From positions 23,366,776 through 23,430,775 of the forward strand of contig CM119265.1 of NCBI GenBank assembly GCA_051294375.1: a stretch of DNA of 64,000 nucleotides. Direction: 5' to 3'. Positions 37,701-49,379 of the stretch are shown in pieces. Positions within the stretch are counted from its first letter, which is position 1. Every line of letters starts with the position of its first letter. Under the pieces are notes generated by a model. That model was not told where the DNA came from, did no database searches, and worked only from the letters and a program-made list of their open reading frames with translations. A program made the position numbers and the translations under genes. The stretch is from Paraspadella gotoi (taxonomy: Eukaryota; Animalia; Chaetognatha).

Positions 37701-40031
37701 GAAATCCGAAAGCTAGGGACAAGTTACAAGCTTGACAGCTTACAAATCTCAATTCCGGTTTTCCCTGACTTAAGTGACAATGATCTAAAGTTTTTGAAGC
37801 GGTGTAAAACTTGTCAATAAATTCGTTCTTCAACACTGTGCCAAAGCTAACTCCACAAAGGTCACACTCACTCTGCATCTCAAAACGCAGTCTACCCGTG
37901 TCTGTTTGTAGTGATTTTAGCAAATGCTGATGTAACAACCACATATCCTGACGAATAGTTAATAATAATTCAATGTAAAACTCTGTTTCTGTCTCGACTT
38001 TGTTATTTAAAAATCTACAGCGTGGATTTTCTAATTCTTCGGGAAGAGGGAACTTTGAGGGATATAGCGATTTGTGTGTTAGTGAATAAGCTAAAACCCT
38101 CTGTTCAAAAACAGCTGACTTAGGAGGAGAAATGATAGTGGGTTTTGTGTTTTGTATCGCTATGGTCTTGGATTCAAAGTCTATGCAAGAAAAATAGAGT
38201 GGTTTTAACTTCTTGTACAACCAACCCCTTTTGAATTTAATTGTTTTTTTCTTCCTTTCCCGTCCATTTATTTTTTATGAATGGTAAATGTACGATGGTG
38301 TTATTACATTTACGTCGTCCTGTGCCCCCATTTCCAAAAGCTCGACAGATGTTGATGTGATTTGTGTAGCTTTCCCTGCGTGTGAATAAGGTTATACAAT
38401 CACGACAGATAAATTGTTTTCTTGCTTTGTTGAACTTTATTTGATTGGAAGGTCTGTACGAGTCTTGAGAGAGAGAGAGAATGAGAAGAATATGATTACT
38501 TTCCTTCGGAAAATGACCCGCATCATTACCTTTTCGGAGTTCACTCGAATCAATTAATAGATCAATTTGAAAATAATCTTTGTCCTTATGGTGTGAGCTT
38601 AAGAGGACTGGGCTCACTGAGAACGTTGAGTTACAGTTTTTTAATTTTTTAATTTTAAACACATTCAAAGAGAATCCTTTGCAATCAGTTAAAGAAGGGT
38701 AGAGCTCAACTAAAGTTTGCGGTAGTGGAGTATTAATCTTTTCTAGTTGTGAAAATTCATTCATATTTATACCCTTGATGTTGAAACTGAAAAATTCTCC
38801 CAAGTTAATTTTAGTAATAATATTTTTGAGATATTTTTTTTTTATACGGCTACTTGGTGTTGATCCAAATGCCATCTCAAGAGCTATACCAATTGAATAT
38901 GGAACATTTGGAAGATTTGCAGTCTCTCCACTGAAATAGTATTTGTTTGGATCGACAATGTTCTTTAAGAATATAGGTTGCAGATCGTCAATAAATTGTC
39001 GATCGACTCTATCATTCGCTCCATATCGAATTAGGTTGGTTGGATTGGCTTTCACATATCTCAAGTGAAATTTGGTGAAGCGCTCGAAAATCCAACCTTC
39101 AGCAATGTAAGAAGAGTTGTATTTATTTCATGGTTACATATTTATTTTATTTATATATATACTTATTTTCCTATATTACAAATCTATAAAAAGGTTATAA
39201 TAATAATAATCTATCCTACCACAGGCTCCCACCATCTCCCCCCCCTCTCACCCGATTCTAAGTGTCGCATCCACTCCATGTGTTCCGTAGCGTGGAGAAG
39301 GTATTGATGCAGCATAAGCTCCACATATTGATCAGTATCTTCCTCAAAAAAAGCTCGCCAATATTGATTTCTGTCACTGCACTAGTGTGTTATGGTGCAG
39401 GATCTGTCTAACGCCTTTGACATTTCGATTTCTGAAGAAAAAAAATTTTTTGGGGAGGGGAGTAGATTAAATTTTTTGTGTTGCATTCTGAACTAGGATT
39501 TGTTAAGGTTTAGTTTGTGTTTATGACAAGTTGACAAATAAACATACAAAAATTAACATACCTCCAGCAATCCAGATGAGATACTTGAATGGTCGATCGT
39601 CATTTTCTTGTCTGAGAAGCTCATGAAGAAAGGGTTTCACATGAAAATTTAAATAAATTAAAACTTGTCTCAAATCAAAATTTCTTTTCCTCATCCTCGA
39701 AATTGCGAATAAACACCATTTTTGAGCTGGTACCTGCACAGGGAGGTCACGATCTTTCAAAAATATTAGACAAATTTATTTGAAGTTATAAAAATTTTTA
39801 TTTAAACAAAAGAATATTTAACTATTGTAAAGCTAATTGATGTTGTTGTTTAACACCTTCCGATATTTGCTGTATCTTAAATCGGAAAGATCATCACATC
39901 CCTGTATACAAATCGTCCGTGAGATATCTTTCAATGTTTAATGAAAATTCATTTATATTTTCCAGAGGATTTTTAAAAAGTTCTCGTAAAAGTTCATTTT
40001 CGGAGTCATCATCTGAATCAAGGGGATCCAT
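34769..40031 (-). pseudogene. polB: Protein-primed family B DNA polymerase (Polinton/adintovirus type), intron-containing, with stops and frameshifts
   Basis: ESGW, C2H2 (CRDC...HINIC), Exo I CIDFES, endonuclease VII-like DHCH...CQACN, Exo II HNSARYD, Exo III YVIFD, motif A YLDANALY, motif B NSVNGK, motif C LTDTDS, GKWKDEL, PKQY, KSKGV. The start codon is tentative. Confidence 0.93.
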
Positions 40032-40163
40032 TTTTTAGATCTGAATAATTTAAATTGTGAAAAAAAAATTACATTTCCCCATTCATAATTGCAACAAGAA
40101 AACTTTTTTTCGTAAAAAAAAAAACAAAAGTTATGTGTATATCTAATCTAATTTATCTAATAA

Positions 40164-41332
40164 TTATGACATCTCGCTCTCCTTCATCCATCGGTGTGTG
40201 TTCAGCTGGAGCTGGAGTATTCGTCATCGTCATCGTCTCTTGACGCTCGTCTGGAAAGGTGGGGGTGAGGGTGGAGGATCAAAACTTATTAGTTTTTTTT
40301 TTTTAAATCAAAACAAAGAGGTTCTAGATTCGATTGAAACAGAATAAACTAACTTTCATCATTAGATCTTTGGGTTCCAGTTGAAGTCGAAGGTTGTGGT
40401 GATCTTTGTCGACCTGGGGTTGTTAAGCACTGTCTTCGATCCCTCCTTTGCCCTGGCGTGTGAGGGTGGGAGGTTTTAATGACAAATTCAATTTTAAAAT
40501 GATGGTAAGAGTGAAAAAGATAAAGATTTATTTGAAGATAAATTCACCCGACCCTCCACGATTTAAAGAGTTTTTACCTTTGTGGAACGGCGTGACGACC
40601 CCTGTTGGTCTTTTCTTTCTCTCCGGGACATTAAAGAGAGGTCGAAGAGAAATGTGTGAAGTTGCATCAAGTTCACAAAATAAAAACTCTTCAAAGTCTT
40701 TTATCACAGAGCAATCACATAACCTCTCGTCACTTTGCCATTCCACCTTAACGGAACCTCCCGCGGCATTATGAATCTCTAAGATCCGCGAGGTGGTTCC
40801 ATCAGTATGATAGTTTTTCGGACCATCGATATGGTCACATCCTGTGAGATGGTCGATTGTGTGATTTTTACTTTTATTTTGAATCCCCCATCTCCAGCCT
40901 CCCTTTGGTATTGGCTCCAAATCTTGTTGAGATGTTTCCCCAATTCTCTTCAAGCTTTTCCTCTTTGCTCTCCTCTTCCGACTTTTCCTCTTCGCTCTCC
41001 TCTTTGCTCTCCTCTTCAGACTCTTCCTCTCTGCTCTCTTCTCGCCCCCCCTCTTCCCCCTCTTCCCCCTCCTCTTCATTTTTCCCTTCACTTGCTTCGT
41101 CATCTATGAATATTCTTGATAAAGTTTATTTCTTTTTTCGTGGGGCCCCGAGCAGTTTTGTCTCTCTCTTTTTGGGGGTGGTGGGCGTAGGGGAACGGAA
41201 ATCGGAAGGCGATTCTGATTGTATTTTTATTGTATTTTATTTTATTTTATTGTATTTGTATTTTTTAATATTGATATAATGAATAAATATTTAAATTGAA
41301 AAAAAATATATGGCTAGCAATTACTCATCCAT
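40164..41332 (-). pseudogene. Spliced orphan gene with a FIDDEASE motif and a Glu-rich tract, upstream of pPolB
   Basis: PKKR/RKKK basic patch, FIDDEASEGKNEEE..., then ...RILEIHNAAGGSVKVEWQSD.... GT-AG-bounded downstream exons at ~40455-40355 and ~40250-40164. Contains a stop and a frameshift. Confidence 0.5.
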
Positions 41333-41669
41333 TTTTTCTTCTGGTTTTAGTGAGAATGAAGAAAGATCTCGTTCAAGTAGAAGAAAAAGAATAAAAAAAG
41401 GCCAAAACAAGCATGTGAAAAAAAGCTAATACGATGAGAAAAGTAAAATAATTTATTGTGACTCATGTCTTGGTGCTTGCTATTAGTACAGAATCTGATC
41501 CTTTTCAAGTATCAGAAAATTGGATTTGAAAATAATGATTATATGTAACTATCCCCTTGTTGAAATCATGATCATCGCCATGGTCATTACGGTCATCGCA
41601 GTCACCCTCTTTGAGACCCCTCGTCAAAATCATGATCGTCGGTCATCGAAGTCATCCTCTATGAGAGTC

Positions 41670-43093
41670 CTTTCACTAAAAGTTGTCAGAGGCGGCGACC
41701 CTCGAGATTTTGAGCCGGCGGACTCGATACTGGCGGCGGTTTCTATGGCGGAAGAATTAGGTCAACGCAACCTTTGTGCAGAGGCTGAGGTAAAGAATGG
41801 GGAAATCGCAGCGGCGCAGGAGAAGTGCGTCGACCCCATTGCGGCGAAGGAGGCGATAGAAATGGGCGTGGCACCGGAAGACCATGTACTACGCGTCAGA
41901 TCTAAATATTTGAACCACCTTATGTCGATAAAAGAAAACTTAGATATAAACCGGGGCTATATTATAAAGGGATGAACGATGATGGAACGGAATATCTTTC
42001 CATTGTAGTTCCACCGAAAATAGCAGGCAAAGTCGTGGCGGACATGCACATCGACCTTGCCCATACAAACCCATCCAGACTGCGTTGCGCCATCGGCAAG
42101 GCGTGCTACATATTCAACTTGAAAGCGGTTTGTGAAAAAGTTTTCCATCAATGCAATAATTGCGCATTGGCGCAAAAAGCCAAGCTCGCCAAAGGGAGAA
42201 AAGTTAAAATATTCGACTCGACAATTGCCAACACCCTTCACGCCGACTTGCTGCAATTAGAAAAAGTTCGAGGGTACCGGTATCTCCTGGTTATGGTCGA
42301 CGTTGCGTCGAGATACGTCTTCGCCGCCGCCTTGAAGAATAAGTCGACAGAAACGGTTGCCAACCGATCGCGGCGATCTTCAACTCGTTCCAGCTCTCTG
42401 CGAAGACCATTGCTGCCGATTTGGGCAAAGAATTTGTTAACAGCGCTATGGCACGGCTGAAGGCCACCTTTGGCTTCACCACCGCCCACTTTCGGCCCTC
42501 CTGGCGGAGAAGATGAACGCCACCATCGTCGACTTATTGCGTTGTATGGAACCAGATGGAAAGCCTTGGATTGATACCTGGCAATCTGCAATTCGTGCCA
42601 TCAATATCTCGCCAATCCGCATCAGCGACGACCTACTCATCTCCCCATTTCACCTCTTCTACGGGAGGGAACCGCGTATCAATCGCAACGAGGAGCCAGA
42701 GGGCCCAGATGGAACCGACGCTAACTATTTGAGAGAGAGAGATAAAAATAGAGGAACTCGTTGACCGCGTTTGTAAGGCTAGAAATGTCGAGACGCCGCC
42801 GAGTTTGGTCCTCACTAACGCCTCCGTTTACGATGTCGGGGGAAAAAGTTTTAGTTTGGAGAAACTTTGTTGAAAAAGAAAAATTGACAAAAGTGAAATC
42901 GTTGCATTATAAACTTAGTCCAAAATATGAGACAGCTACTATTATGAAAATACAAGGATATAACATTTTAGTGGAACCAGATGATGGAACCAAAGCGCGT
43001 GTCGTCCATAGACGCATGCTGAAGAAACTTCGGAGCGCGGCCATGCCCACTTTAGGGGCAAATATCACCGCGCCTTTTGAAAACGAAAGATAA
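41670..43093 (+). pseudogene. Ty3/Gypsy-type DDE integrase, frameshifted, without RT
   Basis: IVVPP...HIDLAH...CNNC (HHCC), LHADL, LVMVDVASRY, ADLGKEF, EKMNATI, SPFHLFYGREPR, GEKVLV...KLSPKYE (GPY/F-like region). Upstream VVRGG...PADSIL resembles an RNase H tail. Confidence 0.88.
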
Positions 43094-43752
43094 ATTTATC
43101 AAGATGTAAGTGGCGACGACGCCAGCTTGTGCTACCGATGGACTGAGATGAAACGGCGCCGCCTGGAAACGCGTCGTAGCAACAAGGTTCGCCCGCGCGT
43201 TTGCCACGCCCCCACGTTAATCATTTTGCCCGGCGGGATGCCCTTTCCAGTCGCAACCGACGTAGTGGCCATACGTCGCCCTCGAAGGCTCCTGCATCAC
43301 AGCTAGCTGGCGAGGAACTGTCAACACAACAAATATATGAAAAAAATTTGCGCGTTATTTGCTAACTCCCGGCAGAGGATTTATAAATATTTCAAATTGA
43401 AAACGAATCATTTCTCTTACTTCACAGCAAACTTTGCCCTCCATAGTTAATTTAATTTCAAGGTGACATGCGAAAACAATGCACTGATCGCCGACCGTGG
43501 CTCCGAATGCTTCCTTTGTACTTAAATCTAGCGGCACGTGCGCACTGCGCACGCACACGCGCGTTTCGCGCCCGTGAAATAAAAACTGACTGCCTAGCTC
43601 GTCTCTCTCTCTTCATGAAACAAAGAAAAACGAACATGATTACGCGAGTTAACAGGCATTAATGGGGATTACACGATAAGCAATAATAATGAAGTAATAA
43701 AATAGTAAAGCTAAGTAATGAGAAAAAAAGAAAAAACGTGATTAATTGCTAT

Positions 43753-45911
43753 TTACATGGAGTTCCTTTTCTCCCATCTCTCTCCTCTTTTTTTAGTTCG
43801 AGATGAGTCCATCGGTCTTTTATAGTTCCGGTATGGGCCACGCCCACCGCGACGTCCGCCACGTGGCGTATGCTTGTGATGACAGACGGGGTGATATAGC
43901 GACCCCACCACCCGGCAATCGCTTGAATACCGGTGGCGGTCGGCGCACGGACGCCATCGGGCCAGAGCCGCAGCGGCCGCCTGCGCCCCCTCCGCGGCGT
44001 TGAAAGGCGCCGGATCGGCTCGCGGTGACTGCGACCGCGGTGGGGAGCGGTGCCGCGCCTCGCCACGCGGTGTAGGAGACGCCGGGCGAGCTGAGCCTCC
44101 ACCCGCCTCAGCTTTTGTCTTTTTGGGGATTCGCCCCAACTTGCCCGGCGCCTTCTTGGAGGTCGACGGAGCAACGGGAGCCGGCGTTGGCGCCGTCACC
44201 AGCGAGAGGCGCGCCTTTGACGCCTTCGGCTTAGGAGGCGTTGCCTTTGAAGAAACGTCGCCCCCTTTCTGGCGATGATGGTGACCGACGACCTTCTTTG
44301 GCGCAACGTCGGGCTCCAAGGACTGGCGTGGGCGCCATGAGTGCTTTCGCGACGAGCGTTCCACGGTGCTGACGTTCGATAAGGACGCGCTCGATGACGA
44401 CGTCGATGGCCCGGATAAGATTCGTTGGCCCTTTATTTTCAATGGCTCCGAGACAGCGGCGCCAGCGGCTGGGAGCGCCGCTGAGGGAGTGGCCTGTGGC
44501 GCCGGTGCCTGAACAGAAACGGTTAAATGATCGATGGATCCACTCGAAGTGATAAGTGGAAGTTAAGGCGTTTTTTTTTGTGACGCTTAAAGCGAACTAA
44601 AAATAAGGAGTGAAATGGAAAAGAATGAGAAGGAGATGGAGATGTAATGAAATGAAACGAAATGAGATGAAACAAAATGAATTAAAGCGAAATTAAATTA
44701 AATGGAGAAAAATGCAATGATGAAACTCTACCAACAATTTTTTTTACGATGGAAGGATTCTCTCTTTTCGCGATTGAGTAATTTGGCACATGAATTACAA
44801 AGTTTCAGAGAATTTACTAGGACTTATTACACCATCTTCCGAATGTTAACGGAATTAATTATTAATTAATTAATTATCCTTTCTCCTACCGGCATGTTCG
44901 TCGCCTGCGCCAGGTTAGAGGGAGAGGCCCCGACGGTGGGCATATGCAGTTCCCTTGGAGGCGCCGGACGCTTGATATCTCCCGAGCTCGCCAGCGGCGG
45001 AGTTCGGCGCGACGTCGTCACGATGGTCGTCCGGCCAGACGTGGACGCTGAGGTTGACAAAATAGTAACGATCAATTCTCAACAGAAAGAAAATCTTTTT
45101 AGTACTGGCTATAATTAGGTTTACGCTCGTTTCGCAATGAAAAAGATTTGTTTTAAGTAGTGGACAAAGAGGAGTTTACGAGCAATTTTCGGCGGATGAA
45201 ATTTTTTTTAAGTATTGATTAGAAGGAAATTTACGCCGGCAAAATAAACATGGTCTCGACGTTCAACTTACACGGGGAGATGATTCTCCGGCCGATCCGC
45301 CGGCAGCCGTACCCGGCAATGGTAAAGATGGCTCCGAGTGGGCCCGACGGGGACGGGCTCCACTTGGAAGAGCCCCTGTCCCAGGTCCACGTAGGACCCC
45401 GGCCGCCGCAGGGAGAAGTACTCCATGAGGCCCTGGGAGGCCTCGGGCCCGTGCAAGGCGGAGGAGGGGCCTGTGAAGCGCTCGCCGCTGGTGTCAGTGG
45501 CGCTAGTATAATAAAAATAGGATTATCAAACGCGAAAGGAAGAGATGATTCGCGAATCCAGCGGCAAGAAAAAAATAAAAACAATAATTGGAGAGGCGGC
45601 GCTACTTACAGGTGACGGAGATGGGTTAGGAACGCCCGCAGTAGCGGGTAGACGGCCCCGGTCCTGGACGCCGCTGAGAGGAAGGCGGAGCGCACCATTC
45701 CCCACTGATGGGAGCTCCACCTCGGCTCCCCGTGATCCCGGATTTGTCCGTGCAGCTCCCCCAGTATGAGGTGGAGCTGCAGGACGGCGTTGTCGGGGAT
45801 CACCTGAGAGCCGCCGGGTCGCCATGGAAAGAGATCGTCCAAAAAAATTAATACCCCCGGGATTGACACGACGTCGGGCGCCGTGTTCCCGTATCCGGTG
45901 GCGCTATCCAT
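43753..45911 (-). CDS. GC-rich spliced orphan gene convergent with the integrase
   Basis: Exons 45911-45610, 45502-45272, 45077-44890 and 44508-43753, all GT-AG. The first two junctions are phase-compatible. Exon 3 needs a frameshift or ends at an internal stop. The last exon is Ser/Pro/Arg-rich. Confidence 0.55.
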
Positions 45912-47255
45912 GGGCGCCAGAGCGATGACCGTGGGGAAGCGAATAAAAAAAAATTAGATGGACGATGGCGATGGTGATGAGACGATGCGGCGAAGTGAGG
46001 GCGAAAATTCCGCCTGGGTATCGACGACCCCCGAACGAAGAGGAAGAGGAATAAAGCACGCCGATAATATTCTTTTTTTTATTTCGAAAAAAATCATATT
46101 TGCGTGACTCCGCGAGTCCGTGACGTTACAAGGAACATGACCCGGTTACGCGTTTCCATGACAATGCGACACGGCGCGTGTAAAAAAAAATCAACTTGGC
46201 CTAGTTTCGAGTCGGCGAGAACGTGGATGTAAACGAAAAAAAAATCAACTTGACCTAGTTGTCTCCGGGCGGGATCGTTACAAGTAAAGCTACATATAAA
46301 AGAAGTCCAGTGTAAACAATGTTCGATCGACTTGACCTAAATGTCACCGTCGTCGCTAGGCGACGAGTAAATTGCAAGGGAAAACGAATTTCGGAGGCCC
46401 CGCGTGAAAACGGTTGACTTTTGGATGCCTTTAAATTTTGAATGATATTTGAATGATATTTGAATGATATTATTTCAAATACATGTTGCATGCTCCGCCG
46501 TATATTTTCTATTATTGCTTCAGTGATACATATTGGTTTCTTTCCCCGAGTAGTTAATTGCGATTAAAGCCTGACATTGGCGATGAGGGTTTCGTGGTTT
46601 CATTCAAAAAAACTCACGGGCACCGGTGAAGTTTGTCCTTACAAGTTTTACAAATAAGATGTAAACAAGGCAAATAAAACGGATTTTTAGAAACGACTTG
46701 ATTAGAAAAAGTCTGAAAACAAATTTTGCAACTGGTAAAGCTCATGATTAATATGAGACAAACAAAGAAAAGAATGGGCTTTTGCCAATATCTTCCTCAT
46801 TGCAAAAAAGGTATGAAGTACCAGTGGCTGAGTCTATGTAATTTGCAAATGTTTTTTTTAATTTTAGCTAAATAACTAAACAGAAAAATATATAAATTAT
46901 ATATAAATAATAAACAATTCTATCTAAATTATTATTTATCTTTTCTATTTTGATTATCAAAAAAAGGTTATTTTAATTAAACTAAACAAAAAAATAATCT
47001 CTCTAAAAGGTAATCGCTTTTTTTCAGTCAAAACGCGATTCTCACGCACCATATGTTTTGGTTCACGTTTTTTAACCTCTTTCTTTTTTCTTTTTTTCCC
47101 CTTGTCAATTTTTTAGTCAGATGGCCATCGAAGTTGAAATCGAAGAGGAAGAAAATACTAGTTTATAGTTTTTCAAATAAAAAAATATTTTGTTTTGATC
47201 CGACTTTTTAAAAAAAGCGAAAGTAAAAACTCTAGCGAGTTACGGTATAACTAAA

Positions 47256-47611
47256 TGGCGGCAATGTCAAATCCCAAACAGTTGACAAAAGTTTAAGGTC
47301 GTTCTTTTTTTTAATAAGTTAAAAGCTTAAAACAAGTAATAAAAAGTCTAGCTTAATAAGTTAAAAGCTTAAAGCGAGTAATAAAAAGTCTAACTTAATA
47401 TTAAAAAAAACAACTAAAAAAAGTTAAAACACCGTTCGGCAAGTTTCGACACACTGCCATGTTTTTGTACGCCATCTCTCGGCACACCTCTAGCAAAAGA
47501 TCATATTTAAACGCCATCTTTCGGCAAGTTTCAGCACATGAGCAGACGGTGACGCCATGTTGTTTTGAAAATAATAAAATGTGGTTTGAAACATACAAAT
47601 ACTAACTCTCT
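47256..47611 (-). repeat. Right terminal inverted repeat of the Polinton-like element
   Basis: Reverse complement of 3049-3348 with an internal ~40-bp tandem duplication. Ends CTCT, followed by the TSD ATAACC. Confidence 0.9.
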
Positions 47612-48474
47612 ATAACCAATAACAATTCAATAATGATAGCAAAATTAGGAGAAAAACAAATTAGTTTTAAGAAATAAACATGGTTTGATACTTTCTTTTC
47701 GTTGCATTTGGAAGTTTAGAGAAAACAAAGTTTTTATTTTGTTACAAACAACGATTTTGTATTAACGTAAGTACTAAGTAGGACATGTTTCGGCTTTAGT
47801 GCAAACCTTCCAGAAAGAATAAACAAAAACAAAAAAATAGCAAAAACTAAAACAATTTTAATAACCAATAACAATTCAATAGTGATAGCAAAATTAGGAG
47901 AAAAACAATTTAGTTTTAAGATATAAACAAAACAAAGAAACTGGCAAAGCTCATATCTATGATAAACAAATAAACCATGATGAGAAAAAAAAATTAAGCT
48001 TCCCTTTCCCCACCCTCGCCATCTCCCCCTATCCCCTCCCCCTCTCCACCTTTTTCCCGTTGTCATATAAAGTCAAAAAAAATTGATGGATCAAAAAAAA
48101 AGTCGAGTACAAAAAAATTAGTGCATTTGCAGAATGAGAAAAATAAATCTGACAGATAGAACATTGATATAAATTTTAAATAATAAATAAAAAGAAATTT
48201 GATAAGTAAACCGAACAGTTTGATTTTAAAGTAAGATTAGAGAAATTAATAATACCAAACAAATAAAACTGGACAAACTGTGTAGAACGAGAAAGAAATA
48301 GAAAATCTCGAAAAAAAAAAAGAAAAACAAAATTTTCTTTGAAAAATTAATCACAAAAAAATTAATAAGCTCAGATAACTGAAACATTTAAATCAAGGAT
48401 AAAAACTTTAAAAACTTGAACTTAGACGCTTCTAAAGAGACAAACTAAATAAATCAAGTCAATATAAAACTTAC

Positions 48475-49379
48475 ATTGGTCTTGTGAAGGGAGTAGGCCA
48501 TCGGCAGCGGCCGCCGTGCCGACTGCCGGGTAGGTTCCAGCGTAGATCCGGTTGGCCGTCGCCCCGCCTTGTACAGCCTCGGCGACGACCTGCACCGGCT
48601 GCCCACCTCGCGATATGACGATGTATTCGCGGGAGAGACGACGCGAAAATAGTGAAGGTATCCGGCCGCGCCGCCTCCGCGGCGACCGCTGAGGCGGGCC
48701 CGGTGTAGCTGGACCCATGGTTTGATTCCCAAAGGCTACAGCAAAAATTAAAAAAAAAAAAAATCGTTTAGCACACATAATAATAATCCGAATTAATTAT
48801 ACACATGAGAAAAAAATATGGGAACAATCCTCCTCCCTTAACCGAAATACGAAACACTAGTTTATCAAAACGAATAATTGGAAAGAAAAAGATAATACAG
48901 TCTGGCCCAGAAACAGAATTTTAATTCTTAAGTAACTAAACAAATAAAAATGAGATCTAAATAAAGGACAAAGTTAGCATGCAAATCGATTTATAGATAT
49001 ATAAGCAAAACAAACAATAGTTTTAAATTAATATTTAATAATTTCCTCCTCCTATTTATCAGAAACTTTGAGAATATAGAAAAAATTATTTCCTTACCTT
49101 TGCGATTAGAGATCCGCACGAAGGCGATGAAAGGCTCAAAAACAAGCCCGCGCTGCGGATTGAGATGCGAGAAATGCACTCCGGAGGTGCAGACCATAGC
49201 CCCAAGGGTACGTAGGGCGCTCCTGCATCCGGTATCTGGCCCAAAGCCTCGGCCTCAACGAGAGACCGCAGCACCGACACATTGGACGGTGCCGCGCCCT
49301 CCGCCGGCCGCAGGCTCTGAAGGAAGTCGATAACCCCCAGAAGAGAAAACCCCAATGAGGCGAGGCACCACAGGGGCAT
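48475..49379 (-). CDS. Two GC-rich exons of an orphan gene flanking the Polinton
   Basis: ...SCGSLIAK|gtaagg at ~49097. Acceptor tag| at 48736, open frame PLGIKPWVQLHR... to a gtaagt donor at 48474. Confidence 0.45.

Larger units (their letters stand above)
3049..47611. mobile_element. Polinton/Maverick-like element with intron-containing genes (~15.8 kb net of nested insertions)
   Basis: Inverted termini AGAGAATTAGTATTTG (3049) and CAAATACTAACTCTCT (47611). 6-bp TSD ATAACC at 3043-3048 and 47612-47617. Joining the flanks recreates AACAATTTTAATAACCAATAACAATTCAAT, seen intact at 47851-47880. Encloses a protein-primed PolB and a retroviral-type integrase. Confidence 0.85.

Noticed and set aside
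46100-46400. Possible LTR after the 41670-45911 block
   Set aside because: Only a short direct repeat (AAAAAAATCAACTTG(G/A)CCTAGTT twice) is present. There is no clear PPT or partner LTR in the window.
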